DNA of 32,000 nucleotides from Pyrobaculum aerophilum str. IM2 (GCF_000007225.1 NC_003364.1:1800001-1832000), one strand, 5' to 3'; shown: positions 10,369 through 19,289, numbered from the stretch's first letter. Translations and numbers: made by a program. Notes: generated by a model not told the origin, from the letters alone.

Positions 10369-10470
10369 GCCTTTATCTACTTGCCAGTTTTTAAAAACCT
10401 AAGTACGCATCCCTGTAATACACACGCCGCGTGTATAGCAAGAGCCTAATGTAAACGACTTTGACGCGGC

Positions 10471-10803
10471 TCATTCATATTCGCGCCATGTATATCCGCA
10501 TTTTGTACACCTGTAGAAACGGGTGGGGGGCTCATCGGCGGCTCTGGTTTGCTGGACCCATACATACGCCTCGTCATGGCCGCACTTAGGACAGCCCCGG
10601 GTCTTGACCTTTGGCAAATTAGGCGTTGTGTCCGCTACGACGATAACAGAATTTCTGCTTTCCACGGCGGTTTTGCTCTGGTAGCGGTTCTTGACGTCTT
10701 GAGACACCTCCTCCTCGTAGCCGCACTTAGGACATCTTAACACTGTTACATTGCCCTTCCTAACTGGGATTAATAAACTCTTATCGTTAGGACAAAATCT
10801 CAT
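10471..10803 (-). CDS. tfs: Transcription factor S (TFS / RpoM-like)
   Basis: 110 aa. It has an N-terminal zinc ribbon (CPNDKSLL...CPKCG). The C-terminal TFIIS-type ribbon is CPKCGHDEAYVWVQQTRAADEPPTRFYRCTKCGYTW. Confidence 0.9.
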   Translation of the reverse strand: MRFCPNDKSLLIPVRKGNVTVLRCPKCGYEEEVSQDVKNRYQSKTAVESRNSVIVVADTTPNLPKVKTRGCPKCGHDEAYVWVQQTRAADEPPTRFYRCTKCGYTWREYE

Positions 10804-10904
10804 GACGCTGAAAAACGTCGTCTGGTATATAAATTATTTTACCGCGTCTCAGCAACGGAATTACTGCGGTAGAAAATTTATTTATTGATTTGTGTAGAGT
10901 GCCG

Positions 10905-11381
10905 ATGCCATCGGTCAAAGACGTGCCGGCGGATTTACTAATTGCGGAGTTGGCCAGGTACATAAAGGAGAACGTGCCCCAAGTAAAGCCTCCAGTGTGG
11001 GCGCCCTTTGTGAAAACAGGCGCCAATAAGGAGAGGCCTCCCATGAATCCAGACTGGTGGTATATAAGGGCAGCTTCTCTATTGAGAAAGCTTTACCTCC
11101 ACGGACCCGCGGGAATTGGCAGTCTCAGGACGGCGTATGGGTACAGGGCTAAGATTGGGGACAAGATGAGGCCGGAGAGGACGAGGAAAGCGGGAGGGGC
11201 TATAATTAGGAAAATACTACAACAGCTGGAACAAGCTGGCTATGTGGCAAAGACAAAACAGGGCAGAGTCTTAACCCCGGAGGGGAGATCGTTAGTGGAC
11301 AGAATTGCAACAAAAATAGCGAAGGAGCTCGTTAAGTCGAGGCCGGAGCTCGTTAAATACTTGGCGCCGCCCAAGGAGTAA
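10905..11381 (+). CDS. rps19e: 30S ribosomal protein S19e
   Basis: [23 protein letters not shown]...[16 protein letters not shown] is an S19e signature. The ATG at 10905 lies about 25 nt after the TATA box aaaatttatttatt, so the gene is leaderless. Confidence 0.9.
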   Translation: MPSVKDVPADLLIAELARYIKENVPQVKPPVWAPFVKTGANKERPPMNPDWWYIRAASLLRKLYLHGPAGIGSLRTAYGYRAKIGDKMRPERTRKAGGAIIRKILQQLEQAGYVAKTKQGRVLTPEGRSLVDRIATKIAKELVKSRPELVKYLAPPKE

Positions 11382-11713
11382 TGTCTGAGGGGAGTTTTGA
11401 AGACAGAGAGCTGGAGGAAATCCGCCGTAAAAAGCTAGAAGAGCTTCAGAAGAAGGCGGAGTTAGAGCGCCAGGCCCAGATAGTCGCGGCGCAGAGGAGA
11501 ATCGCGCTTAAGAAAATACTCACCCCGGAGGCCCTTGCCAGGCTGGATAATATCAGAGTAGTGAGACCGGAGCTGGCCGAGGCGTTGGAACAACAGCTCA
11601 TAAACCTGGCCGCCACCGGGAGGGTGAGGGTGCCTATTGACGAGGAGACTTTAAAAAAGATTCTAGAGGCAGTCTACAGCCAGACGCGGCGGGAGTACAG
11701 ATTTAGGCTATAG
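11381..11713 (+). CDS. PDCD5/TFAR19-like dsDNA-binding protein
   Basis: 110 aa and highly charged ([17 protein letters not shown]...[21 protein letters not shown]). TAATG start/stop coupling to rps19e is the conserved archaeal arrangement. Confidence 0.8.
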   Translation: MSEGSFEDRELEEIRRKKLEELQKKAELERQAQIVAAQRRIALKKILTPEALARLDNIRVVRPELAEALEQQLINLAATGRVRVPIDEETLKKILEAVYSQTRREYRFRL

Positions 11714-11721
11714 GCGGCAAA

Positions 11722-11731
11722 GATTTAAAAG
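11722..11731 (+). promoter_or_regulatory. TATA box for leaderless rpl39e
   Basis: gatttaaaag ends 20 nt before the ATG at 11751. Confidence 0.55.
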
Positions 11732-11750
11732 CCGTATTTTAGGCCTGGCC

Positions 11751-11901
11751 ATGGCTAGAAATAAGCCTCTTGGCAAAAAGCTCAGGCTAGCCGCGGCGTT
11801 CAAATAGAAATCCTCCCGTATGGGTAGTGGTAAAGACTAAAAGAAGAGTCACCAGATCCCCGGCGCGTAGGCACTGGAGGAGGGTGAAATTGAAGGCTTA
11901 A
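11751..11901 (+). CDS. rpl39e: 50S ribosomal protein L39e, interrupted (in-frame TAG, remainder in the +1 frame)
   Basis: Frame 1 reads [18 protein letters not shown], then TAG at 11805-11807. The +1 frame reads (S)[32 protein letters not shown], then TAA at 11899-11901. The two halves together make a canonical eL39. Confidence 0.8.
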
Positions 11902-12617
11902 GCTTGTTTTATCGCCCGCACTATCTCGCCTAGTTTTTCAGGCGACTCCTCGGCTAGAGTCCCAGTCACAATCACATTGGGCCTCTCGCGGGCAATAGCC
12001 CTGGCTATTTCCCCGCTTTTTATCCCTCCGCCTACAATTAAAACTCTGGGAAACGCCCTCCTCACTGCGCGTACCATTTCAGGCGGCACTGGCTGGGAGG
12101 CGCCGCTGCCAGCCTCTAGGTATACCGCTTTAAATCCTATGTAATTAGCGGCGAGGGCATAAGCGGCAGCTATGTCGGGTCTTGTATACGGAATCGGCTT
12201 GCTCATAGAGACAAAGCCCGCAGCCCCTCCGTCTCCCACAATTATATACGCCGTAGATATGACCTCAAGCCTCGGGTAGTGTTTAGCTATAAGAACCGCC
12301 CCCTGGATCTGCGCCCCTATTATGAAATACGGATCTAGCGAATTTAAAACGCTTAAGAAAAGCACGCCGTCAGCTAAGTCGGTTAATTGAGTCAGCGAGC
12401 CGGGGAATAGAACAACGGGGACGTTGGATATGTTTTTAATGTCTTTAACTACCTGGGCAATTTGGCTCTCTCTTATTCCAAGGGAGCCGCCTATTAAAAT
12501 GCCGTCTGTGCCAGCCTCAAGCGCGTATTTCGCAATTTTCAAGTAATCAACAGATTTATCAGGATCAATGAGGGTGAAGTGCCTAACCCCCTCAAGTAAA
12601 TATTCATATAGGTTCAT
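11898..12617 (-). CDS. Geranylgeranylglyceryl phosphate synthase (PcrB family)
   Basis: Starts at MNLYEYL (ATG at 12617). Motifs: [30 protein letters not shown]. The upstream part of the track ORF (to 12776) lies out of frame inside elf1. Confidence 0.85.
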   Translation of the reverse strand: MNLYEYLLEGVRHFTLIDPDKSVDYLKIAKYALEAGTDGILIGGSLGIRESQIAQVVKDIKNISNVPVVLFPGSLTQLTDLADGVLFLSVLNSLDPYFIIGAQIQGAVLIAKHYPRLEVISTAYIIVGDGGAAGFVSMSKPIPYTRPDIAAAYALAANYIGFKAVYLEAGSGASQPVPPEMVRAVRRAFPRVLIVGGGIKSGEIARAIARERPNVIVTGTLAEESPEKLGEIVRAIKQA

Positions 12618-12909
12618 CGCCTCCCTCCTCTTTCTCTTGATCCCCCCTGGGCTCTGCTTGTTGGGAAAACATCGGGATTTTGCCCTCAAGGTACAAGTCG
12701 ACAAAGGCATTGTAATAATCCACCGGCATCCAGCCCTGCCTCTCTTCAAACTCATAACGCAATCCGCAGTTACCACATATTACAAGATAGCCGTTGCCAG
12801 TCTTCTTCACGGACACAAGTTGCGCCCCGCAGTGAGGACACGTGAAAATCTTAGGCAGAGTTCTCTTAGGCTTTAAAATAACTTTCCTCCTCCTCCTGCG
12901 CCTGCCCAT
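12604..12909 (-). CDS. elf1: Transcription elongation factor Elf1 homologue (zinc ribbon)
   Basis: Basic N-terminus (GRRRRRRK), then FTCPHCGAQ...CGNCG. The ATG at 12909 lies about 28 nt after the TATA box tttttatataag. It overlaps the GGGPS start by 14 nt. Confidence 0.75.
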   Translation of the reverse strand: MGRRRRRRKVILKPKRTLPKIFTCPHCGAQLVSVKKTGNGYLVICGNCGLRYEFEERQGWMPVDYYNAFVDLYLEGKIPMFSQQAEPRGDQEKEEGGDEPI

Positions 12910-13038
12910 ATGCACCCCCAAGTGAACTTATATAAAAATATCAGCTGTAGCGCCTCCGGTCACATATCACCGTAACCCTGACAGCATCACCAGCGGTCTT
13001 TACGGCAACGTTTAAATATTTTGATCCTACGGCACTAT

Positions 13039-14274
13039 ATGAGATATCTGTCAGGCCTTAACCCCATTGCCAAGGTTGTTGAAATCCTCCCGCAAGTCAA
13101 GAGGATATCGGAAGTGGAGAGAGTGGCCACCTGGGACGTGGCCGGCAGAGTCGCCGCGAGGGATGTAATTGCGCCCCACGACTACCCGCCCTTCCCTAGA
13201 GCCGCGTATGACGGCTATGCCGTCAGCTCCGATGCGACGCCGGGCCGCTTCAGAGTTATTGGCACAGTCCTAGTTGGCCAATACAGGCGAGATCTCGAGG
13301 TTAGGGGCAACGAGGCGGTTTACGTAACTGTAGGCGCCTTTCTCCCCGAGGGGGCAGACGCCGTAGTGCCTGAGGAGGCGGTGGAGAGAGAGGGGGAGTA
13401 CGTCGTGGTGAAGGCCAAGTATGAAAAGTACGCCAACGCAGATGCCCCCGGCTCTTATGTGCGTAAAGGCCTTGTTCTGTTGAGCCAGGGCACTGTAGTA
13501 ACGCCTTTTGACGTCGTAGGCCTTTTAGACGTCGGCATTACGACAATATATGCATATAGGCGGGTTAAAGTGGGGATAATAGCCACAGGCGACGAGCTTA
13601 TCACTCCGCCGATAGACCCCGAAGTAGCCGCAGAGCTTGTAATGAGGGGCAAGGTCATCGAGTCAACGGCTTCTTTAGTGACTTGGTATATTAACACTTA
13701 TATGCCGTATGTAAGCGTTGAGGAAAAGGTGGTCACTAGCGACAAGCACGAAGAGGTGAGGGCATACGTTGAGAAATTCCTAGAGCTGTACGACGCTGTT
13801 ATTATAACTGGCGGCGCCGGCCCAAGCGAGATAGATCACTTCTACAAACTAGGCTTTGGGGGCTTAAGGGGCTTCCGCATGAAGCCTGGCAGGCCCACAA
13901 GCGTCGCCGTTGTAAACGGTAAGCCAGTTTTTGGCCTCTCGGGATATCCTATAAGCGCCCTCCACGGAGTGATTAGGATTGTGGAGCCCGTTTTGAGATA
14001 CATGGCGAATGTTACCAAGGCCCCAGGCCTCGGCTGGCTGTACGCCACTATTACGCAAGATCTACACGGCGAAATGGCTCAGATAGTCAGAGTAAAACTT
14101 GAGGCAGGGGAAGGCGGGCTTTACGCAAAGCCTATCAAGGCAAAACACCACTCATTTACTGAGCCTGAGGCTTGCGGAGTGGCGCTAATACCTCCCGGCG
14201 GCGTTAAAAAAGGCGATATAGTTCCCGTCCTCGCCTACCGCGACGTAAGGAGGCTAGGGTCTGCATCTACCTAG
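13039..14274 (+). CDS. moeA: Molybdopterin molybdenumtransferase MoeA
   Basis: About 411 aa with the AYDGYAV motif and MoeA domain order. The ATG at 13039 lies about 24 nt after the TATA box tttaaatatttt. Confidence 0.85.
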   Translation: MRYLSGLNPIAKVVEILPQVKRISEVERVATWDVAGRVAARDVIAPHDYPPFPRAAYDGYAVSSDATPGRFRVIGTVLVGQYRRDLEVRGNEAVYVTVGAFLPEGADAVVPEEAVEREGEYVVVKAKYEKYANADAPGSYVRKGLVLLSQGTVVTPFDVVGLLDVGITTIYAYRRVKVGIIATGDELITPPIDPEVAAELVMRGKVIESTASLVTWYINTYMPYVSVEEKVVTSDKHEEVRAYVEKFLELYDAVIITGGAGPSEIDHFYKLGFGGLRGFRMKPGRPTSVAVVNGKPVFGLSGYPISALHGVIRIVEPVLRYMANVTKAPGLGWLYATITQDLHGEMAQIVRVKLEAGEGGLYAKPIKAKHHSFTEPEACGVALIPPGGVKKGDIVPVLAYRDVRRLGSAST

Positions 14275-14955
14275 TTTTATTAGGCCTCTTTTACTTAACA
14301 TATCTAGCGCATAGAGTATATACCCAAACCTCTTCTCCACGTATTCGCCTCCATACCACTCTAAATGTGCGTATATCATCTCGTCTAGACACCACTCCGT
14401 CTTTCCAGTCTCCTTTACAATTTTCATAATGAACCCCGCGGCGTCCTCTACGGCATTCCACTGATAGGCAAACCACACCCACTCCTTGACCTCCACCGCG
14501 TAGTAATCGGGCATGAACTTCGCAACGCTGGTGATTACTTGTAAAGCGGCAGTCCTCACCTCTGCCGGTTTGCAACACTCCTCCACGCTTTTCTTCGCCA
14601 AGTCTACGCTGTCCCCAGTGTCAACAATGTCGTCTACTATCAACACCCTCTTGCCCCTTAAGTCGACGTTTATGGGGTATTTTACATACGCCTTTTCAGC
14701 CACTTGCGCCGCGGAGGGCCAGTGCACTACCTGAATACTAATTAAATCGCTTACCCCCAGCCAGTCGCAGAGAAGCCTAGCCGGGACGTAGCCCCCACGG
14801 GCAATGGCGACTATGACGTCAGGTTGCCACCCGCTTCCTCTTATTTTATCTGCCAATTGCCTACTCCACTCCACTATTTCGTCAAAAGTGACCACCTTTA
14901 CAGGTATCTTCGGCACGTTGCTATTAAAACATCCCGCGTTTATATACATTCCCAA
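14254..14955 (-). CDS. Purine-type phosphoribosyltransferase with a C-terminal extension
   Basis: Carries the PRPP-binding loop VLIVDDIVDTGDS and the AIARGGYVPARLL motif. About 70 extra C-terminal residues are present. The start lies 2 nt after the stop of the upstream 329-aa ORF. Confidence 0.75.
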   Translation of the reverse strand: MGMYINAGCFNSNVPKIPVKVVTFDEIVEWSRQLADKIRGSGWQPDVIVAIARGGYVPARLLCDWLGVSDLISIQVVHWPSAAQVAEKAYVKYPINVDLRGKRVLIVDDIVDTGDSVDLAKKSVEECCKPAEVRTAALQVITSVAKFMPDYYAVEVKEWVWFAYQWNAVEDAAGFIMKIVKETGKTEWCLDEMIYAHLEWYGGEYVEKRFGYILYALDMLSKRGLIKLGRCRP

Positions 14956-14957
14956 GA

Positions 14958-15947
14958 CTATTTACAAGGCTCCACTGCTATAAACGGCAAGTCTAACCGG
15001 GGGCATTTAACTGGTCCCTTAAATTCAAAATCCCACGTTCTCAACATGCCGCATTCCAACTCGACGCAATAGTTGAAATAAAGCCCTCCCGCCACGCACT
15101 TATCCCCGTCGCAAGAGGCGTACTTCGCCCTCTTCCTCCCGCCGTCTACCAACATATTAAAATTGCCCGCGGCCATATAGAGGCCGGCTACGTTAAACGC
15201 CACGAGCCACCTCCCCATTACTCTGGCCACTACATAGGGGAGAGCCCTCAAGATGCCTAAATCCACCGCCACGCCTCCGGGCACCACCACGGGGTCAAGC
15301 GCTGAGTACAGGCCGAATAAGAGATACCACATGTCGGGCGAAGGAGGGAGATCCCAGCTTAAAGCCCCGTATAGTCCATAACGCAACGCCACGGCCAGCC
15401 CAAGCCAAGACATCTCCACCAGCTCCAGCGCCTCGGGGAAGCGCAGTAGGCCTAACAGCGACGCGAGTTGTTTATTTAAGAGGGGGGGCCGGTACGCCTT
15501 TTGCTCTCTAAGGCCTCTGGCAATTTGCAAGTTGAACAACTCCCCGCAACTAGAACGCGCCTTAGGCTCTTTGCGGTAGTATATATCCCAGAGGTGAGGA
15601 GCCCCCTTCACTATAGAGTACAGGTATTCAGCCAGACACTCTCCGCGGTTTAATTTATCCGTGGCGTAGAGCTCCGCCATTCTAAACTTGACGTTAAACC
15701 CGGGGACGATCACATCTCTGTAGAAAAACCTGGGTATTTCGGGGGGCTCTTGACAAAGATACAAACCGCCAATTTTTACGGGACACCTCAAGGCCCTCCT
15801 AAACACTACCAACTTGCCGTCTAGATAAAGCCCGTCTTCTCTCAACTCAACTGCTCCAACCACTGCGCTACTGCCCAGCCGCAAACCGCCTCCCCTTATG
15901 TTTAGTACGCGGCTAGACGAGATGTAAATATCTAACTCCAGCGACAT
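14958..15947 (-). CDS. Hypothetical protein, Cys-rich C-terminus
   Basis: A 329-aa ORF with no competing ORF on either strand. I recognise no family motif. The C-terminal part is CDGDKC...YCVELECG...CPRLD. Confidence 0.5.
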   Translation of the reverse strand: MSLELDIYISSSRVLNIRGGGLRLGSSAVVGAVELREDGLYLDGKLVVFRRALRCPVKIGGLYLCQEPPEIPRFFYRDVIVPGFNVKFRMAELYATDKLNRGECLAEYLYSIVKGAPHLWDIYYRKEPKARSSCGELFNLQIARGLREQKAYRPPLLNKQLASLLGLLRFPEALELVEMSWLGLAVALRYGLYGALSWDLPPSPDMWYLLFGLYSALDPVVVPGGVAVDLGILRALPYVVARVMGRWLVAFNVAGLYMAAGNFNMLVDGGRKRAKYASCDGDKCVAGGLYFNYCVELECGMLRTWDFEFKGPVKCPRLDLPFIAVEPCK

Positions 15948-16040
15948 AGTCAGCGTTCAAATCCGCGATCACCGCTCTCCATCCGCCTCTCGTCACCTGT
16001 ATGACAAGAACCACGGAGATTTAAATCTTCTCGCCGGCGA

Positions 16041-16427
16041 TTATACCTCCTTGTCTCCTGCGTTTAGCCACGTGAGCCTTGTCAAATCTATCTCCCTCCC
16101 TTGTTTTAAAAGAGCTATCATGTTCCACGTAATGACTCCAATTAAGATGTGTTTGCATATTTTCCCCCCTATTGTATTGCCCTCGCATGTACACTTAGCC
16201 CCGTAGTACCCCACTGCGGTATAATACCAAGTATCCGGCCTCTTTTCAGACTTAACCGCAATTCTAATGCCAACTATTTCTCCCCCCCGCTCCACTACTT
16301 CTACAATTCTCACATTGTTGGGATTGGCGTAGAGGTATAGGTCCAGGACTCTTTCAATTCTCACTCCCAATGACCGGGAGAGGGATAGGAGGAAGCTTTT
16401 TACCTTCTCCTCAATTGAGGGCTGCAT
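16041..16427 (-). CDS. SWIM zinc-finger protein
   Basis: 128 aa. CTCEGNTIGGKICKHI fits the SWIM CxCx(n)CxH signature. It overlaps the IMPase gene end by 17 nt. Confidence 0.6.
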   Translation of the reverse strand: MQPSIEEKVKSFLLSLSRSLGVRIERVLDLYLYANPNNVRIVEVVERGGEIVGIRIAVKSEKRPDTWYYTAVGYYGAKCTCEGNTIGGKICKHILIGVITWNMIALLKQGREIDLTRLTWLNAGDKEV

Positions 16428-17247
16428 TTACAAACTCCTCGTCGCCGGCCACTATAGAGACTCTAGAGTGGGGGCTGGGATCTCCCAAGACCACGTATTT
16501 AAACCCCTCTACGTATTTGCCCACTGTCAGCGCCCCGGCCGCGTCTAATACTCTCAGCTTTCCCCTTAAGTCGAGAAATCCCCGCGCAATCCCCTCTACA
16601 GTATAGACGAGCTCGGCGGCTGAGCTCCCCAGACTCCTCCCCTTGAGCCCAAACCTTTTTACAACTTCGCAAGTCTTCTCGGGGAAGTTATTGCTAGCGG
16701 CGATAAATACGATATTGCTCTTAACCGCTCTCTTCAGAGGCCTTCCGTTTTTCCTAGCCCCCAAGCCAGGTCCCGCGGTGTAAACCTCGCCAGTGGGCGG
16801 TATTGCAACCACGGCGTATTCTAAATCTGAAAGCGTGCCGTCTTTATACCTCCCGGCAGCCAGCGAGACTGAGAAAAACGGTATTCCAACTGCGTAGTTA
16901 AGAGAGCCGTCTAGGGGATCGAGGACGAATATATACCGCCCGTCGCCCCATCTATACTCCCCGCCCTCCTCCGCGTACAAGACGCCTCCCTCTTTAAAAC
17001 TCTCTCTTAACATCTTGTAGACAAGCTCCTCGGCGGCTAAATCCACCTCTCTACTTACGTCGTCTTCCTTACGCGACACAATACCGGCGCCGAGGCCAAG
17101 CCTGAAGCTTTCCCATATGAGTTGCGAGGCGCGCGCCGCAATTGCCTCCAATACGCCGAGCACGCCCCCTATTTCAACATTATTTAAATAATGTTTAGAC
17201 GTAACTACAGAGGTTATAACTAAGAATCCCTTGAGGCACATGGACAA
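16411..17247 (-). CDS. suhB: Inositol monophosphatase / fructose-1,6-bisphosphatase family protein
   Basis: Contains the FVLDPLDGSLNY metal-binding motif and an upstream EE pair. The start could be 17247 (TTG) or 17241 (ATG). Confidence 0.85.
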   Translation of the reverse strand: MSMCLKGFLVITSVVTSKHYLNNVEIGGVLGVLEAIAARASQLIWESFRLGLGAGIVSRKEDDVSREVDLAAEELVYKMLRESFKEGGVLYAEEGGEYRWGDGRYIFVLDPLDGSLNYAVGIPFFSVSLAAGRYKDGTLSDLEYAVVAIPPTGEVYTAGPGLGARKNGRPLKRAVKSNIVFIAASNNFPEKTCEVVKRFGLKGRSLGSSAAELVYTVEGIARGFLDLRGKLRVLDAAGALTVGKYVEGFKYVVLGDPSPHSRVSIVAGDEEFVNAALN

Positions 17248-17276
17248 GATGAAAAAACGGTTTGTAATAGCGTCTG

Positions 17277-17290
17277 TAGGCGTTTTTTAA
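17277..17290 (-). promoter_or_regulatory. Strong BRE/TATA-like box (GGCTTAAAAAACGC) upstream of the IMPase gene
   Basis: It has the same core as the tRNA promoter box in this window. It overlaps the stop codon of the KaiC-like gene. Confidence 0.45.
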
Positions 17291-18312
17291 GCCCTGACCT
17301 TCAAGTCGAGAAAACTCTCAGTTAAACGCGCCCCGTCTGTCTCCAACTCGAAGTCCAAGACGTAGTCCACGTAGCGGGCCACGCTTACAACCGCGTTTAT
17401 ATAATCCACAACGTCGTTGCCTAAAATCCTCTCTAAATCGCGCAGGCCAGAAACTACAAAAACCTTCAGCTTAAAACGCCCAGAGTATATATTGTACACA
17501 ACCTCCACGATGTCTTTAAAAGTAGCGGCCACTCTCATTTTGTCCTCCTCCAAATCCACAGGCAGTGTAGTGGGCGGGAAGAGGGATAGGTAGAAGACCT
17601 CCCTGGCGGAGGCCACCTCTTGAAGCCTTCTAGCAAGGGCGTTTTTATCCCTACCGTAGATCCCCACTATTTGCGATTTGTAAAGCTCGCCCACGCCTAA
17701 TATTGAGGCGTCTTCTGGAAGCGTGATCTTCGCCACCTGGGGCTTTTTCGGAGTATTTATATAAACCTGCCCCACTCCCTCTACAAAATCAAATATAAAA
17801 CGCTCGCTCGGCGGCGCGAAACGCGACTTAACTAGTTTAATATACCTCACTGTGTGGCCGAGGGCATTCTCCTTATACCCCACTCTAATTAAATTGTCGG
17901 CGATGTAAAAAACCTGCTTCGGCGCACCTTCTACAACGGCCACTATAGGCATGTCTTTAGCCAACTGATAGAGAAAGCCGTGGACAAGCTCTTCCAGCTT
18001 CTCCTCCCGCGGCGTAATGCCGTCAACAGAGTCGATTACCAAAGCCTCATATTCGTGAATGTGGTCGGCGACAAACTTGGCGATATTCCCCCTGAAAGCC
18101 CGGGGGAAGTCGAAGACGTAAAATTTATCCGCCTTAGCCCCCACCCGCATGAACACCTCCTTCAACACCCCCGGAGGTTCATTAGTACTAATCCACAACA
18201 CTCTGTTAGCTACTCTATCTGCAATCTTTGCCGCCACACTCGTCTTCCCGCTCCCAGGCGGCCCATACACCACCGTAAGGCCCTTCGCCGCGACGTCTTG
18301 AATAACAAACAC
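17287..18312 (-). CDS. KaiC/RadA-like RecA-superfamily ATPase
   Basis: 341 aa with Walker A (GPPGSGKTS) and Walker B-like (ALVIDSVDG) motifs. A C-terminal region of about 150 aa is unassigned. The start is GTG, with the TATA box gttttaaaatatag upstream. Confidence 0.7.
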   Translation of the reverse strand: MFVIQDVAAKGLTVVYGPPGSGKTSVAAKIADRVANRVLWISTNEPPGVLKEVFMRVGAKADKFYVFDFPRAFRGNIAKFVADHIHEYEALVIDSVDGITPREEKLEELVHGFLYQLAKDMPIVAVVEGAPKQVFYIADNLIRVGYKENALGHTVRYIKLVKSRFAPPSERFIFDFVEGVGQVYINTPKKPQVAKITLPEDASILGVGELYKSQIVGIYGRDKNALARRLQEVASAREVFYLSLFPPTTLPVDLEEDKMRVAATFKDIVEVVYNIYSGRFKLKVFVVSGLRDLERILGNDVVDYINAVVSVARYVDYVLDFELETDGARLTESFLDLKVRA

Positions 18313-18425
18313 ATAAACATCTAAAACTATATTTTAAAACTTACCACGCCAGCGAGCCGATCCCACATCTGGATATAAAAACCCTCGACATCGCACAAAC
18401 GCTGTTTCTGGGGAGGCGCTGTAAG

Positions 18426-18440
18426 CCCCCCCCCCCCCCC
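18426..18440. repeat. C15/G15 homopolymer tract
   Basis: Fifteen consecutive C on the + strand, counted directly. It lies 5 nt beyond the oligo-T that follows the TRAM gene stop on the - strand. Confidence 0.95.
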
Positions 18441-18444
18441 AGCG

Positions 18445-18451
18445 AAAAAAA
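18445..18451 (-). terminator. Oligo-T (T7) terminator directly after the TRAM gene stop
   Basis: The - strand reads TAA TTTTTTT. Archaeal RNAP terminates at oligo-T tracts. Confidence 0.55.
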
Positions 18452-18691
18452 TTAACTTAAAATTTTCCCAATGGCGTAAGATCCGCCTACTTTTTCAATC
18501 TGTACCTTTACTCTCTGTCCAGGCTCTGCGCCAGGCACAAAGACCACAAAGCCCTCAACTCTCGCAACTCCATCACCCCTTCTGGACTTCTCCACAATTT
18601 CAACCTCCACGATGTCTCCCTCCTTTACCGGTTTAGGCCAAGACGGGCCTCGCCGCCCGCGGGGCGGCCCCCTTCTCGTTCTTCGTTCCAT
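18452..18691 (-). CDS. TRAM-domain protein
   Basis: It has a basic N-terminus followed by GDIVEVEIVEKSRRGDGVARVEGFVVFVPGAEPGQRVKVQIEKV. The ATG at 18691 lies 20-27 nt after the TATA box tttatata, so the longer track ORF (to 18754) is unlikely. Confidence 0.8.
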   Translation of the reverse strand: MERRTRRGPPRGRRGPSWPKPVKEGDIVEVEIVEKSRRGDGVARVEGFVVFVPGAEPGQRVKVQIEKVGGSYAIGKILS

Positions 18692-19182
18692 TAGTCCCAA
18701 TGATTGTAGGTATATAAACCTTTGCATAAATGGAGATGTGATTAAGGCCGGCAATGCTGATAGGTGAAGAATGCCGTGGCCTGAGATGAAATAAAAAGAG
18801 GCGCGCTTGGCGACAGGAACCTGGTGTGTTTAGAGAATATTTAAACAAATAGACGCCGATTTTCGCGGCGCCACACATGCCCTGTTGGGCCTGCCTAAAG
18901 ACTCGGAAAGCCCGGCGAGTCTCGCCTAGAAAAACAGATACAGTTAAGTCGGCCTCAGCCAAGAGGGCCAGCATCCCATCAGAGCGAAGGAAAAACCCCA
19001 AGCCGCTGGCCAATTGTTATTAGATGGCGTTGTAACAACAGGGAGCCGGCAGGAGCTACATGACAGCGTGATTGCGACAAGCCCATTACATTGACATATT
19101 CAGATCCCCTGAGTTTTAAACGTCAGCACACATAGGTAAAATCTCAGCATTGGCACAGGAGCGCGGCAAATAATAGAGAGAG

Positions 19183-19275
<93 letters not shown>

Positions 19276-19289
19276 TGAAAAGCTATATT

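Noticed and set aside
10787-11044. 85-aa - strand ORF
   Set aside because: It is antisense to rps19e and spans the rps19e promoter. It has no motif.
12618-12776. N-terminal extension of the GGGPS ORF
   Set aside because: This part lies out of frame inside elf1, which has the recognisable zinc-ribbon sequence. GGGPS homology begins at MNLYEYL.
15953-15966. T-loop-like GCGTTCAAATCCGC between two - strand genes
   Set aside because: The stem is only 3 bp, and no acceptor, D or anticodon arms flank it. It is a chance match.
18764-18790. Possible C/D-box sRNA (GTGAAGA...CTGA-GATGAA), and a similar CTGAGATGAGC on the - strand at 25321-25335
   Set aside because: Only partial boxes are present. The C box is degenerate, the spacers are the wrong length (10 nt), and no terminal D box lies at the expected distance.
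18633-19013. 126-aa - strand ORF overlapping the TRAM gene 5' region
   Set aside because: It is out of frame with the TRAM domain and Arg/Ala-rich, and it would run through the TRAM TATA box. The region is better explained as decayed non-coding flank (see the tRNA-Val flank finding).
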